64,000 bases of DNA from Heterodontus francisci (Eukaryota): the NCBI RefSeq assembly GCF_036365525.1, contig NC_090397.1, forward strand, positions 68,019,781-68,083,780. The letters run 5' to 3'. Positions 24,598 to 37,261 of this stretch are shown piece after piece. Both the position numbers and the translations under genes were made by a program. Within the stretch, counting starts at the first letter, position 1. Each line of letters begins with the position of its first letter. A model generated the notes under the pieces. It saw nothing but the letters and a program-made list of their open reading frames with translations. It searched no databases and was not told the origin of the DNA.

Positions 24598-27500
24598 AGG
24601 CACAGAAAGAGGCCACTTGGCCCATTGTGTCTGCGCCGGCCACCCATTCTAAGCCTAGCGTCCAGCATTTGGTCTGGAGCCCTGCAGATTATGTCTGGCA
24701 TTTGAGGTGCATAACCAGACTCCTTTTGAATGAGTTGAGGGTTTCTGCCTCAGCTACCCTTTCAGGCAGGGAGTTCCAGACCCCCAGCACCCTCTGGGTG
24801 AAAAAGTTTTTCCTCATCTCCCCTCTTATTTTTCTACCAATCACTTTAAATCTATTTATCCTTAGTCATTGGCCTCTCGGCTAAGATGAATAGGCCGTTC
24901 ACCTCCACTCTATCCAGGCCCCTCAAAATTTTGTACATTTCAATCAGATCTCCCCTCAGCATTCTCTGTTCCAAGGAGAATAAGCCCAGCCTATCCAATC
25001 TTTCCTCATAGCTGCATTTTTCCAGTCCTGGCAACATCCTCGTAAATCTCCTCTGTATCCTCTCTAGTGCAATTACATCCTTTCTGTAATGAGGTGAGCA
25101 GAACTGCACACAGTACTCAAGTTGTGGCCTAAGCAAGGAGATATACAGTTCCAGCATAACCTCTCTGCTCTTATATTCTATACCTCAGCTAATAAAGGCA
25201 AGGATTCCATATGCCTCCTTAACCACCTTATCGACCTATCCTGCTAACTTCAGGGATCTGTGGACATTCACTCCAAGGTCCTTCACTTCCTATACACTTC
25301 TCAGTATTTTCCCATTAATCGTGTATTCCTTTGCCTTGTTTGACCTCCCCAAATGCATCACCTCACACTTCTCCAGGTTGAATTCCATTTGCCACTTTTC
25401 TGCCCATCTGACCTGATCATCAATATCTTCCTGGTCTACAGCTATCCTCCTCGCTATCTGCCACTTGGCTAATCTTTTGTGTCATCCGCAAACCTCTGGA
25501 TCATGCCCCCTACATTCACGTCCAAATAGTTAATATATACCACAAAAAGCAAGGGACCCAGTACTGAGCCCTGTGGAACGCCACTGGAAATAGCCCTCCA
25601 GTTGCAAAAACACACATCAACAATTACCCTTTGTTTCCTGCCACTGAGCCAATTTTGTATCCAGCTTGCTGCATTTCCCTGGATCCCACGGAATTTTACT
25701 GTTTTTAAACCAGTCTACCATGTGGGACCTTGACAAGAGCTTTGCTAAAATCCAGGTAGACCACATCAACTGCACTACCCTCATCTATCTCCCTTGTTAC
25801 TTCAAAAAATTTGATCAAGTTGGTCAAACAAGATCTTCCCTCAACAAATCCATGCTGACTATCCTTGATTAACCTGTGCCTTTCTAAGTGACAGTTTATC
25901 CTGCCTCTCAGAATAGATTCCAATAATTTGCCCACTACTGAGGTTAGACTGACTGGCCTGTAGTTATTCAGACTATCCCTCGTTCCCTTTTTAAACAGAG
26001 GTACAACGTTAGCAGTTCTCCAATCCTCTGGCGCCACACCTGTATCCAGTGAGGACTGGAAAATGATGGTCTGACCTTCTGCTATTTCCTCTCTTGCTTC
26101 TTTTAACAGCCTAGGATACATTTCATCTGGCCCTGGTGACTTATCAACTTTCAAGGATGCTAGTCCATTAACACTTCCTCTCTCCCTATGTTTATCACAT
26201 TCAGTACTTCACACTCCTCCTCCTTAATTACAATATCTGCATCGTTCTCCCCTTTTGTGAAGACAAGACACAAAGTATTAATTAACAACCACAAAATCTT
26301 CTGCCCCTACACATAGGTTACCTTTTTGGTCTTTAATGGGCCCTACTCTCTCCTTAGCTATCCTCTTACTCTTAATGTATTGATAAAACATCGTTGGGTT
26401 CACCTTGATTTTGCTTGCCAATATTCTTTCATGCCCTCACTTTGCTTTCCTAATTTCCTTTTTGATTTCACCCCTCCACTTTCTATACTCCTCTCGGCTT
26501 TCTGTAGTATTGAGTTTTTGGTGTCAGACATAAGTTTTCCTTTTCTGCCTTATCCTACCCTGTAGGCTCCTTGACATCCATGGGGCTCTAGATTTGGCAG
26601 TCTCACCCTTCTTCTTTGTCGGAACATGTTTACTCTGAACCCCTTGAATCTCCCCTTTGAATGCCTCCCACTACTCTGACAATGATTTACCTTCAAGTAG
26701 CTGTTTCCAGTCCACTTTCACTAAATCACGCCTCAGTTAGTAAAATTGGCCTTGCCCCAATTGAGAACTCTTAACTCCTGTTCTATCTCTGTCCTTTTCC
26801 ACAATTATGTTAAAACTGACTGAATCATGATCACTACCACCAAAATGCTCTTCCACTGCCGCTCCTTCCACCTGCCCAGCTTCATTTCCTAAAACGAAGT
26901 CTAAAACTGTGCCCTTTCTTGTTGGACTTGCTACATACCGGCCAAAAATGTTCTCCTGATGGCACCTCAAGAATTCTGCTCCCTCAATTCCTTTCACACT
27001 AAAACTAACCCAGTTAATATTGGGGTAGTTAAAATCACCTACTATCACTGCCCTATTGTTCTTGCACTTCTCAGAGATTTGTCTACATATCTGCTCTTGT
27101 ATCTCCCCCTGACTGTTTGGGGGTCTACTGTACACTCCCAGCAATGTGATTGCTCCTTTTTTGTTCCTTAGCTCAATCCAAATGGCCTCATTTGATGAAC
27201 CTTCCAACACATCATCCCTCCTCACAGCTGTAACTTTTCTTGATTGCCACTCCCCCTCCTTTCTTATCCCCTTCCCTATCGTGTCTGAAAACCCTGTAAC
27301 CAGGAACGTTGAGCTGCCATTCCTGTCCCTCCTTAAGCCATAATTCTGTAATAGCTATGATATCAGACTGCCACGTGTCTATCTGTGCCCTCAGCTCATC
27401 TGCTTTATTTGCTATACTCCTTGCATTGAAATAGATATCCTTGAGCACTGCCAAACTCTTTTGTTTATTTTCTAGCATTTGTTTCCTCTGTCTTCCAAAC

Positions 27501-27775
27501 TCATCCATTAATTTTCTGCCTTCCATTTTCATTTCTGATTTGGTCCCAACTGAGTCTACCCTCAGGTCCCCATCCCCCTACCAAACTAGTTTAAACCCTC
27601 CCCAACAGCACTAGCAAAACATCCCGCAAGGAACTCAGTCCTGGCTCTGTTCAGGTGCAACCCTCCGGCCTGTACAGGTCCCATCTCCCCCAGAGCCTGT
27701 CCCAATGTCCCAGGAATCTAAAGGCCTCCCTCCTGCACCATCTTTCCAGCCACACATTCATCTGTCTTATCCCTA
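24598..27775 (-). mobile_element. Near-complete CR1 ORF2 (APE endonuclease + RT) with ORF1 remnant, inactivated
   Basis: YFNARSI..K, AITELWL, VGDFNYP, SDH (APE); KSPGPD, NYRPVSLTS, LDFSKA, LEYCVQF (RT); multiple stops and frameshifts; ORF1-like remnant near 27600-27775. Confidence 0.93.
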
Positions 27776-28099
27776 TCCTGAGCAGTCTAGAGTGATTCTC
27801 CAATAGAATGAATTATGCTGGTGCTGAGCATGAAGAGACAATGGAAAATAGCCCTCATAAATCAGGTTTGCTATAATATGCGGACTTTTTTTGTATTTTG
27901 TAATTGTGGGTCTATTTTTAACCTGCTGTAAGCACTATAACTCCCATGTATTTCATTTCATTATCTAACTAACCAGCTTCTGAAGAAACCTGTCAAAATC
28001 TGAACAAACAGTTGTTTCAGATAGCAGAGTTCATAGAATTGGAATTACACAACAATTTTGTTCCTGGATGATGAACTCTTTCAAAATTAGATTTTGTAT

Positions 28100-29600
28100 A
28101 ATTTACAATTTGAAAGCGAGACCTCGGAATATTAGTGGACCAGTAAAATATCCAACCAATGCAGGGTGACAATCAACAAAGTCAATAGAATGTCAGAATG
28201 CAAGAAAGAACTTGAAATTATATTGTCAAAGCAGTAGATTACAAGTCAAAGGAAGTCGCAATCAAATTGTATAATGCTCTGGTCAGACCACTTCTCAAGT
28301 ACCGTGCCAATTTTGGTCACTAAGGCACAAGGGGAGACACCAAAGCACTGGTGACAGTGCCGAGAATAGTTATGAGGTTGATCTCCAATCCTACAGGTCT
28401 CAGTTACACAGAAAGAATGGAAAAACCTGGGATCTTCATCGTCTTCTCTTTTGGAAAGGAAACTTACATTTGTATATCATCGTGTCATGAAAACCCTACA
28501 TGCCAATGGAAAATATTAATTTCATCCGTTGGAACCTTGCCGCAGACTTTTCTTGGAAATTCTTACAAATAACGTTTTTATAAAGTAAACTGGCAGCCAA
28601 GATGGCCACTGCAATTTACATTTGAAACAGCAAAAGACCAGACTGGAGATAAGATGACTGACTCAATCTAGCCAGAACAATGGGGCGCGCTCTGATTAAA
28701 TTACCTGCAATGGCCTTATCAGTACTGTCGTCAAGGTCCATTGAAACCCATTGACTTTCAAAGAGCCAACCCCCACCAAGTGTGACTGGACAGCATGAGG
28801 GGTAGAGCCTTGAATCTCACAGAAAATTCCAGAAGGACCTCATTAACACCACAAAGAGGTTTTAGTAATGTCATGTGACTGCATGTGCAGCTCTGGAAAG
28901 ACTGTAAACTTTGTCAAACAGAAAGCAGAGAGCAGCAACTAGAAGAAGCCATCAACGAAGCACCTCTCTCTCTCTCTCCCCAGAGTGCTGCTGCCAACAA
29001 CTAGGGGGACGAGGATCAAACCCTCTCTTCTGCCTTCCAGAGCCCTGAGAAGCAAGCCCACAACCGTGCACGTGCAGGACTACAATTTCAACTGAGGACT
29101 CTGGGACTGATAAACTGTATTTAAATTCCATTTATTCCGGACTCTACTCCAACCACCAAAGCTGTTTTCCCTCTGAAATCAATTTGTGTGTGTGTGTGTG
29201 TGACTCTCACGTGAATGTGTGCGTTAATGCGTAGCGTATTTTAGTAATTTTAACCGGTTTACAGTGCAAAGAATAAGGGGGAGCCTGAGACCTCCTCCTC
29301 ACATGGCCGTAACAACCGTTAATGGCAAACAAAAAATCCTAAAGCACTTCAGGGAGGCATAACAAGAGGACTCAGAGAGGTGATTTTATGGAGATATATA
29401 ACATTGTAAACAGTAAAGAAAAGCTAAATCTGAAAAATTACTTTGAACTGACAGTGGAACAGAAGGTCACTGATTTAAACTGGTAAAAGCCAAATTTAGG
29501 GCTGATATCAGGAAGTCCTTCAACACATGGAATGGGATCCCAGAAACCCTGGAATTATTTAAGAGTGAACAAAATGTTGCCATGAAGAGGCTTTTAGGAT
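28100..29600 (+). mobile_element. Old CR1 3' fragment interrupted by an L2 tail and a solo LTR
   Basis: ctggtcagaccacttctcaagtaccgtg-type CR1 motifs at 28270-28450 resume at about 29365 (agagaggtgattttatggagatatataacattg). Confidence 0.6.
28483..29314. mobile_element. Probable solo LTR (832 bp)
   Basis: TGTcatg...cgtaACA termini, 4-bp flanks atcg/accg, internal (CT)n and (TG)n; splits an L2 tail fragment. Confidence 0.65.
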
Positions 29601-29601
29601 C

Positions 29602-29815
29602 TTTTTTGTTTAGAAAGAATCATTCTTGGGATGTGAGCGTCACTGTCAAGACCAGCAAATTTTGCCCAACCCTAAATGCCCTCAAGAAGGTGGTGGTGAG
29701 CCACCTTCTTGAACTGCTGCAGTCCATGTGGTGCAGCTACACCCATAGTGGGAGTTCCAGGATCTTGACCCAGTGACAGTGGTGGTATATTTCCAAGTCA
29801 GGATGGCGTGGGACC
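29602..29815 (-). mobile_element. Family A LINE 3' tip
   Basis: gggatgtgagcgtcactg...gaaggtggtggtgagcc matches other copies. Confidence 0.8.
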
Positions 29816-30008
29816 TGAATGCATGAGCTGCAATGGGCTAATGGTTTTCATTACCCATAATCATCTTGTGATTTTCAGATTTGCTTCTGAACTGTTAATG
29901 GGAGGATTTAGTTCAATATAACTAGATCACCTGCATATTTCATTCAGATAAGCCACTCTTCAGCTGTAAATGGAGAAGATTATACTGTATAGTGAATATC
30001 TAACACTA

Positions 30009-30681
30009 GGGTCGGGATTTTACCGAGCTCCCGACGTTGGGCTCCATGGCAGGGGGGTCCAGAAGATCATTCCGACAGCTGCCCGCCACGGAACCCGACG
30101 CCAGGCCCAATCTTCCTGGTGGCAGCAAGGCTCCGTGGCAGCCCTCCCGCCACTGGGCGACGGAACCCGGATTAACATATTTGAATTAATGAAATGAATA
30201 CATTTAAATAAAATCAACAGCAATTTTAGCTTTGGGCTGCGATCTTTCACTCACGCCTTCACTTTCCTGTCCAGGGAAAATAGGTGCCACCATGGTGGGG
30301 AAGGGGGGATCTTACAATTTTGTAGGGGAGGGTGGGAAGGGGAGATCTCTGCATTTTGATCAGTTTTTGAGGGGGGGCAAAAGGTCAAGTGTTGAAGCTA
30401 AGTGTTTTGTGGGGGGGGGGGGAAAGAGAGCAGGGCAAATTTTGAATCTAATTGTTATTTGGGGGGTGGGGGGGGGGGGAAGGGGCGACAGATGTATTGG
30501 CAGTACACTGGGAGTGGGGGTAGGCCTTTAAAAATTAAAATGACCCAGCAGGGCTGGCCACCCTTTAAAAATGGTGCCAGCGCCTGCACACAGCCCGCCG
30601 CCTCCACGTGATTGGGGGGCACAGGCCACCACTTATTTTACCCGCCACCGCTCCTAGTGGCAGGAGAAGAATATCCAGCCC
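30009..30681. mobile_element. GC-rich MITE-like element (possibly PIF/Harbinger type)
   Basis: Imperfect TIRs gggtcgggatttt / aatatccagccc, TA(A) flanks, internal G-runs, no coding capacity. Confidence 0.55.
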
Positions 30682-31499
30682 TAATTCTGCAAATTTGTTT
30701 TCCTGGAGTAAATTAAGATGTACAAAATAAAAGCAACCAGTGAGAAGAACGTAGCAATGAAATCAAAGACAAATCTGCAACTAACACTATGATCTTAAAC
30801 TAAAAGTAGCATAACATCACATAATACAAAGCAGTGCTCAGAGAACCCTGTGGATATTTCCCAGGTACTTAAAACCAGATGTACTCAGACAGATATTAGC
30901 AGTTTTCCACAATTCATAATCAACAACGCTGACAGATTTTACTACTATGATCAAACCATAGCTCAATCAATTTTTAATTCTAACTGTTTAGAAAATGGAA
31001 ATACTTGATCAGAAATGCACAACACTTCTATTTATGTGCTGCACGGTTTTTCGCATTTGGAAACAGTAATACACAGGTTGATTAAATAGGTGGAATTTCT
31101 TGCAATAAAATGAAACCTGTCCAAGAAAAGAGGGAGTGTGGGCAACCTTTTAGAACAATTTTGCTGAAGCTTAAAGGTTGAGTTTTCATATATGAGAAGC
31201 AATTTATGCATGGCATGTAATGGGAAGGCTGTTATGTTTCATGTGAAAACATCAAACATGCTATTTAGTTTCAAATGGAGTTTAATTAAGTATAACACTA
31301 TAATTCTGGATTATTAATAAAAAGTGTTTCTGGATTTATTCAATATGAATTACGCTGTTGTGCAGGCAGCATGATTCTACAAACAGCAACAAGATTAATA
31401 ACAAGTTAACATTTTGTTGATCATCTAGTTGAGAGGTATGTTGTCAAAATAGTGTTGTGAGGTCTGAAACATGCAGCTAAAAAGACAGGGTTTAAATAT

Positions 31500-31655
31500 T
31501 GCAATGGAAGAATGTCACCTCCAACAGTGTAGCACTCCCTCAATATTGCACTGGATTGTAAACCTAGATTATGCTCACAATTTACTGGAATAAAGCTTGA
31601 ACCTATAACTTTCCGACTCAGAGGCAACAGTGCTACCAACTAGCACTGGTGACTT
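31500..31655 (-). mobile_element. SacSINE1/Deu-like SINE 5' fragment
   Basis: agcactccctcaatattgcactgg...gtgctaccaact matches 51330-51450. Confidence 0.65.
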
Positions 31656-32844
31656 GTGTCAGCTTGACGCTTCATGTGTAAATTAGTTGTTTTCTCTTCA
31701 ACTTTCTGTTAATTCTTTTGGTGCCATGCCCACCTTCTCCCCACCCACAGTCCTATTTGTCAGCTGTTGCTGTCTATTTCTTCACAGCTTTCGTGAATTT
31801 TAAATAAGGCTTCATACAACTCACTAAAGTATAATTAAAGTGACAGCACCTCAACACTACAGCTACAAACTGTTGGTTCTAACCAAGTAAAAAGAGCTGA
31901 TTATAAAACTACAGTAACTATTCTCAATTAGGTTGGCACACCCTTTAAACCAAGCAGGGCATAGTGAAAGGATTGTCATCCAATTTACCATTAAATGTGA
32001 AATTAATTTTCACAAGTCCAACTGCTACTTTATTCTTAGAACCCTTTCAGCTCTGCCAATTAAGTAACTGATGCTCTTCTAGCTGGGATGAAATGTACCA
32101 TATTTTAATTTTTCCCTTCCATCAAATCTGCTATTGCATCTATCTCCAATCATGTCTGCCGACCCTGTCAAATTCTGACAAGCTTCTCTGATGACTCAAT
32201 GAGCTTATTCAGTGAGTAGGCGAGAAACACTGTTCAATTCCTAGTTAGTGCTGAGCAAGTTCAGCCCAGATTGATGAATGAATGTCTTCCTGCCCGCCCT
32301 TGCAGCTCGAAGAATCCTCCCTAAAAGGAGTTTGGGGATTTAAGCAGCTTGATCCAAAGCCATTCACAGTTCAATTTAAATTAGAAACAAGGTAGCAGTC
32401 TCTCAGAGGAACCATGCCAGTACCCTGGAATGCACTTTGCAATACAAACTGGTAGCAAAGACCTACAAAATCAATCCACAAGATCAGAAGATAATTAAAG
32501 ATCAGAAAGGCCATTTGGTCCATCTTAATTCATCCATCCACAGATCTGACATTACTCAGACTCTAGCCTAGGATATAGCTGCCCCAGGAATCAAAAGTGG
32601 AAACAGTATTCCATTCCCCAGTGAGACATCTCTCACCTTAATGCAAAGAAAGAAAGTGAATCTTAATTAGTTCAACAAATTCCATCTCAGAATGAATATT
32701 ATATGGTCATCTTCTATGATTGAGCGATTTCGGTTCAAGCAGCTCTTTTAACAACTTATGCAGTGACATTTAAAAAAAGGTACAGGACTTATTATCAACC
32801 CATTAGACTAGGAAAAATTCAATAATCTATCAATTTTATTTCCC

Positions 32845-33530
32845 AACAAAAGCCTGCATTTATATAGCATCTTTGATGTAGAAAAACATCCCAAGGTATC
32901 TCATAGATGCGTAATCAGACAAAAATGGACAGCAAGACAAAGGAGAAGATATTAGTAGGAGTGACTAAAGGATTGTTAATTTTAGGGAAGGTCGTAAAGG
33001 AGGAGTGGGAGGCAGAAAGGCAGAGATTCAAAGAGGGAATTTCAAAGCTTGTCCCAGATGGCTGAAGGCACAGTCGTTAATTGTGGGGTGAAGGGAGGTG
33101 GAAATGCACAAAAGAGCAGAATCAGAGGACCAGATAGTTCAGGAAAGGAGGGCTGAAAGATGTTGCAGAGAAGGGGAGGGGTGAAGTCATGAAGGGATTC
33201 AAATACAAGAATGAGGATTTTAAATTTGAGGCATAGTAGGTCTGCAAAGGCTGGGTGAGCAGGATATGACATGGGCAGCAGAATTTTAAACGTGCTGAAG
33301 GTTAGAGGAGTGGAAAATGGGAGGCTCACCAGGACAGCAATGGAATGAGACAGTCTGGAGGCAACAAAGGCATGGATAAGAGTTTCAGCAAATGGACTGA
33401 GGCAGGGTCAGATGAGGGTGATGTTATGGAGGTGGAAGTGGGTAGTCTTGGTGATGGAGATTAAATGGAGTCAGAAATTCAACTCAGGGTTTGATAGGAC
33501 ACCAACGCTGCAAACAGTCTGGCTCAGCCT
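32845..33530 (-). mobile_element. L2 LINE 3' fragment
   Basis: L2 tail (tgcatttatatagcatctttg) and LKFKILILVF..LH motif in ORF 33042..33329. Confidence 0.8.
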
Positions 33531-33615
33531 TAATCTATAAGGCAATACCAACACCATGTGGCACCCAACGAGCATGCTGCAGAACAACTGTTCTTAACCT
33601 GTGGTTGTACAGTAC

Positions 33616-33786
33616 CTGTTGTTTGTTGCCCCTTCTGGTAAGCATCACAAACTGCATGGTTTCCGAATTTTCAGAGTCTCCTTCCCCTCCTCCTTGAGGC
33701 GGTGGTCCTTTCTTCAGCTGGCTTTTTAGCTGGAGTGGAATAGCCACATCTAACTGGTGTACTTTGACAGATTCGCCAGTTCGCTG
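33616..33786 (-). CDS. UPF2: UPF2 coding exon (linker and first strand of UPF1-binding beta-hairpin)
   Basis: gtgcAG|CAG...CAG|GTACTG; 171 nt; QRTGESVKVHQLDVAIPLQLKSQLKKGPPPQGGGEGDSENSETMQFVMLTRRGNKQQ. Confidence 0.97.
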
Positions 33787-35335
33787 CTGCACAAAATAAG
33801 GAATAATTTTGGTGCAAGCACTTCTTAAAAATCTTTAATTTTAAACTTTGTTGCCAAGAGATCACTTCGCAGTATAGCCTAAGTTAAATCATCATCAACT
33901 TCGCACTAGTTAAAATGGCAATACTAAACATTCATTTTTACTTAACACTCCTATCAAATCTTCTACACTGTATTGTTCTAGGGAGAGTAATCCCATTCAT
34001 AGCAGGAGAGTTAAGAGTTTATGCTCAACAGCCAATAACAATGAGATTTGAATGAAAGATGACATCAACACACAAGGTAATCTGGACAGATTAAGTAAAT
34101 GGAATTGAGAAATGGCAGTTCAAATTTATTACAGCGCTAAATGTAAAATAATGCACAGAATAGGAAACATTAAAGGTAAGTTCATGATGGAGTTGTTCAT
34201 CAGCAAAGATAAAACTTGGCGTGATTATTGATGATTCACTGCCGAGTGAAGAAGTGTGATTTTTATGGAGGATAGAGTTAAGGCCTGAACCTGACTCCAG
34301 GTTTACACTATAACATCTAAGCATTGCTGTGAAGTGAAACTACTTTGCACCAATATTATTGTTGAAGTGTTAATACAACTTATTTCAACATCTAAATGCT
34401 CCTTAAAAGGATCCAGAGATTTTGCCTTCACTACTCTTCCTGGAAGTGTGCTCCATATTTTGATCACTGTATGAAGAAAGATTTTTAGGTATCATTCCTA
34501 AATATACCATTTAATAACTTGAGTCTGTGTCCCAATAACCTATACTACAAGTTAATTTAAATATTCCATGTTAAGCTTTTCTATTCCCTTTACCTTCTAA
34601 ACTTCTATGCATACCTCTCAGATACCTCCTTCACAAGCTGAAAAGTCGAGATTTATTAAATCTTTCCTCATTGTCAAAGTGCTTTGCCATTCAGGATCAG
34701 CCCTGTGGCTGACTCTTCTCTACACTACTTTTAGTGCTTGAATGTCACCCTTGCAGTCTCAGCAGATAGAACTGGACGCAGTACACGAGACATAGCCTAA
34801 ACTATATGGGCCACCAAGTCTCATCATAAAATTTTACACATCAATCATAAAAATCCATAGTTAAAAACAGTATCTTCTTCTTGAACAGAAAAAGGTGCGT
34901 TATGCTACATATTTAACAAAAATAGGTTAGTGTACGTGAAACACATTTTCAGAAATTATCTGGAATAGTGAAGTTACCCTCCTTTGTCCCTGTTCATGCT
35001 CATCTGAATGTTGCTTCAGGGACATTAAAGTTAAGCTGTCATGGGGTCAGTCTTCATATGAATGCTAATAACTCAGTTTTATTATTCCTCTCCCACCCTT
35101 ACTCCCAGGACTTTCCCTGCTTTATAAGATTGCCAATTTGACATCAAGATATGGGTGAATCAGAGCTTATTCAATTCAATAAGAAATGGGTTGATGGGTC
35201 GAATGGCCTCCTTCTGTACAGTAAATGACTCTATAATTCTAATTGGAACTACCTTTAGTACCAACAAAACCTTTGTCCCCCAACTCTGCTCCCTTTGTCC
35301 GCTGTTCGCACAGGCTGGACAAGGGTTTAACCTCA

Positions 35336-35454
35336 AGAATTGCTGGAAATACTCAGCAGGTCTGGCAGCATCTGTGGAGAGGGAAGCAGAGTTAACGTTT
35401 CGGGTCAGGGACCCTTCCTCGCATCCAGCATCCGCAGTATTTTGCTTTTATTTT
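35336..35454. mobile_element. Penelope-like micro-insertion with inverted piece, 14-bp TSD
   Basis: TSD agggtttaacctca at 35322-35335 and 35455-35468; body shared with 44857 and 58617. Confidence 0.8.
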
Positions 35455-37261
35455 AGGGTTTAACCTCAGTGTCCAATTCAAGAGGAGACTGAGTTTTAAA
35501 TTTTCTCCTTCATAACACTGCCCACCTCCCCCTACCTCACCATCATCACTGCTGATAACATTTATAATGCTTTAGTTTCAAGACTCAATTTCTTCTACAT
35601 GCTCTCATTGGCCTCGAGCTCCACACTACACAAACTCTGATGAACCAAAATGCTGCTGTCCACACAAAATTCTGCTCAGCTATCACACCACTGTTCTCTC
35701 TGATCAACAAGCAATCCTTCAGCAGACCTACACAGTCTTGCCCTCCTCTACCTCTAAAATCTTCTCCAGGCTGATGGTACTCAGGTTTTGGTTTCCAATG
35801 CATCTAGCTCTCCTCTATTGGCCTCTCCTCCAACAGCGTCAAAGTCTTCAGTCACCTTGAGCCCACCCCTGAACCCCTTTACTCTGCCATTTGCTCTTCC
35901 ACCCTTTAAGCAACTTCTTCAAAATCTACCTTTTCAACTGTGCCTTTGGTCATCTCCCAACTTCTACTACAAGGCATCCATGCTCTCAGACGTAAGAAAC
36001 TTCAGGGCATTTTTTTAATATGAAAAATATCAGTTGTCAGTGCTGCTGTAGTAGAGACTACTGCTTGTAAAAATCTTCATTTTTGCACCATAGGACGTTC
36101 ACACACGTCACAAGTTCAACTCTTCCCATTGGTATCTCCATAGTAATCAGGTATTTGCTCAATTGACAAGCAGCTCAAAAGTTTTTCAGCTGTGAACTTG
36201 CAGTATATACAATGAAAATCATCTTAATGACAGGAAATTATTTGACTTTTAATGGGGATTTGACTTTGATTGCCACTTTTCTAGTAACCATTACAGATTA
36301 TATATTTTTCTTCCTCTCTGGAAGGTAGGGTGTTGCCCCATAAGTGCTGATAGCCATCTCTCTGATAACAAACCCAAGTTGACATTCTTTATGTCTGAAA
36401 ACTGAACAAGAAACATCAGCAGATTAATTATTTTCGACCTTGTCATGGGCTATCTTTCCCAAGTTTTCTAATGTTGGTAGGAGTCTGCTTTCTTTTGTGC
36501 TAAAAGAATTATGTTAAAGACACAATAAAATCACAAGCAGTTGTTGTTATTCAGCAAATATTGCCTCAATCAACTGTAAATCTTTCATTAGACATCTCAT
36601 CAAGTTTGGTTAGTTGCAACTATAGGTATTTTGAAGCATCATCATACATTTACTTCCTCCCAGGGATTGCAGTTGGGCATAACATTTTTAATTTCTGCTT
36701 ATATGATTTCAAGACTTTGCGACTTTATTGGGTAATGCAAGAAAATGTTAAGTGTTGAAGATTATGTTATGAGAACATTCATTAAGAAACTCACTTCTGC
36801 AACGTGGAACATTATGCCTGCCACTTAAAGGACAGAAATACGCACTTGTCAAAACAAATCTGGATATCATTGCTTCTGTTACAAAATACTTATTTCCAAT
36901 GTAATTACTTAATTAAGCTGGCAGTAAGCTGTGACTTCAGACAATAAAAGGATCTTAGAATGTTGCTTTTATTGGCCTGTTGATTTGGAATTTGAAATGT
37001 TTTAAGAACAGTTGCTAAGCGAATTACTCTCAGCTGATAAGGGCTAAATAAAAATTGATGCTAATTCAGCCCCTCATAAAATGACTGCTGAAAGAAATGA
37101 ATGCATTATTGCTCTTGCAAGTTCATGTTTAATTTTCTTGCTCTCTAATATCATTAACACTATTTAAATAAAGCTGCTCAAAAAACAGAAATTAAACAAA
37201 AACAAGATTATTAGAATGTTAATTTAAAGGACTATGTTGAAGGCAAGACTCTGTTGCTTAA

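Noticed and set aside
24598-27775. Active autonomous CR1 or domesticated RT
   Set aside because: ORF2 is broken by several stops and frameshifts and the 5' end is missing.
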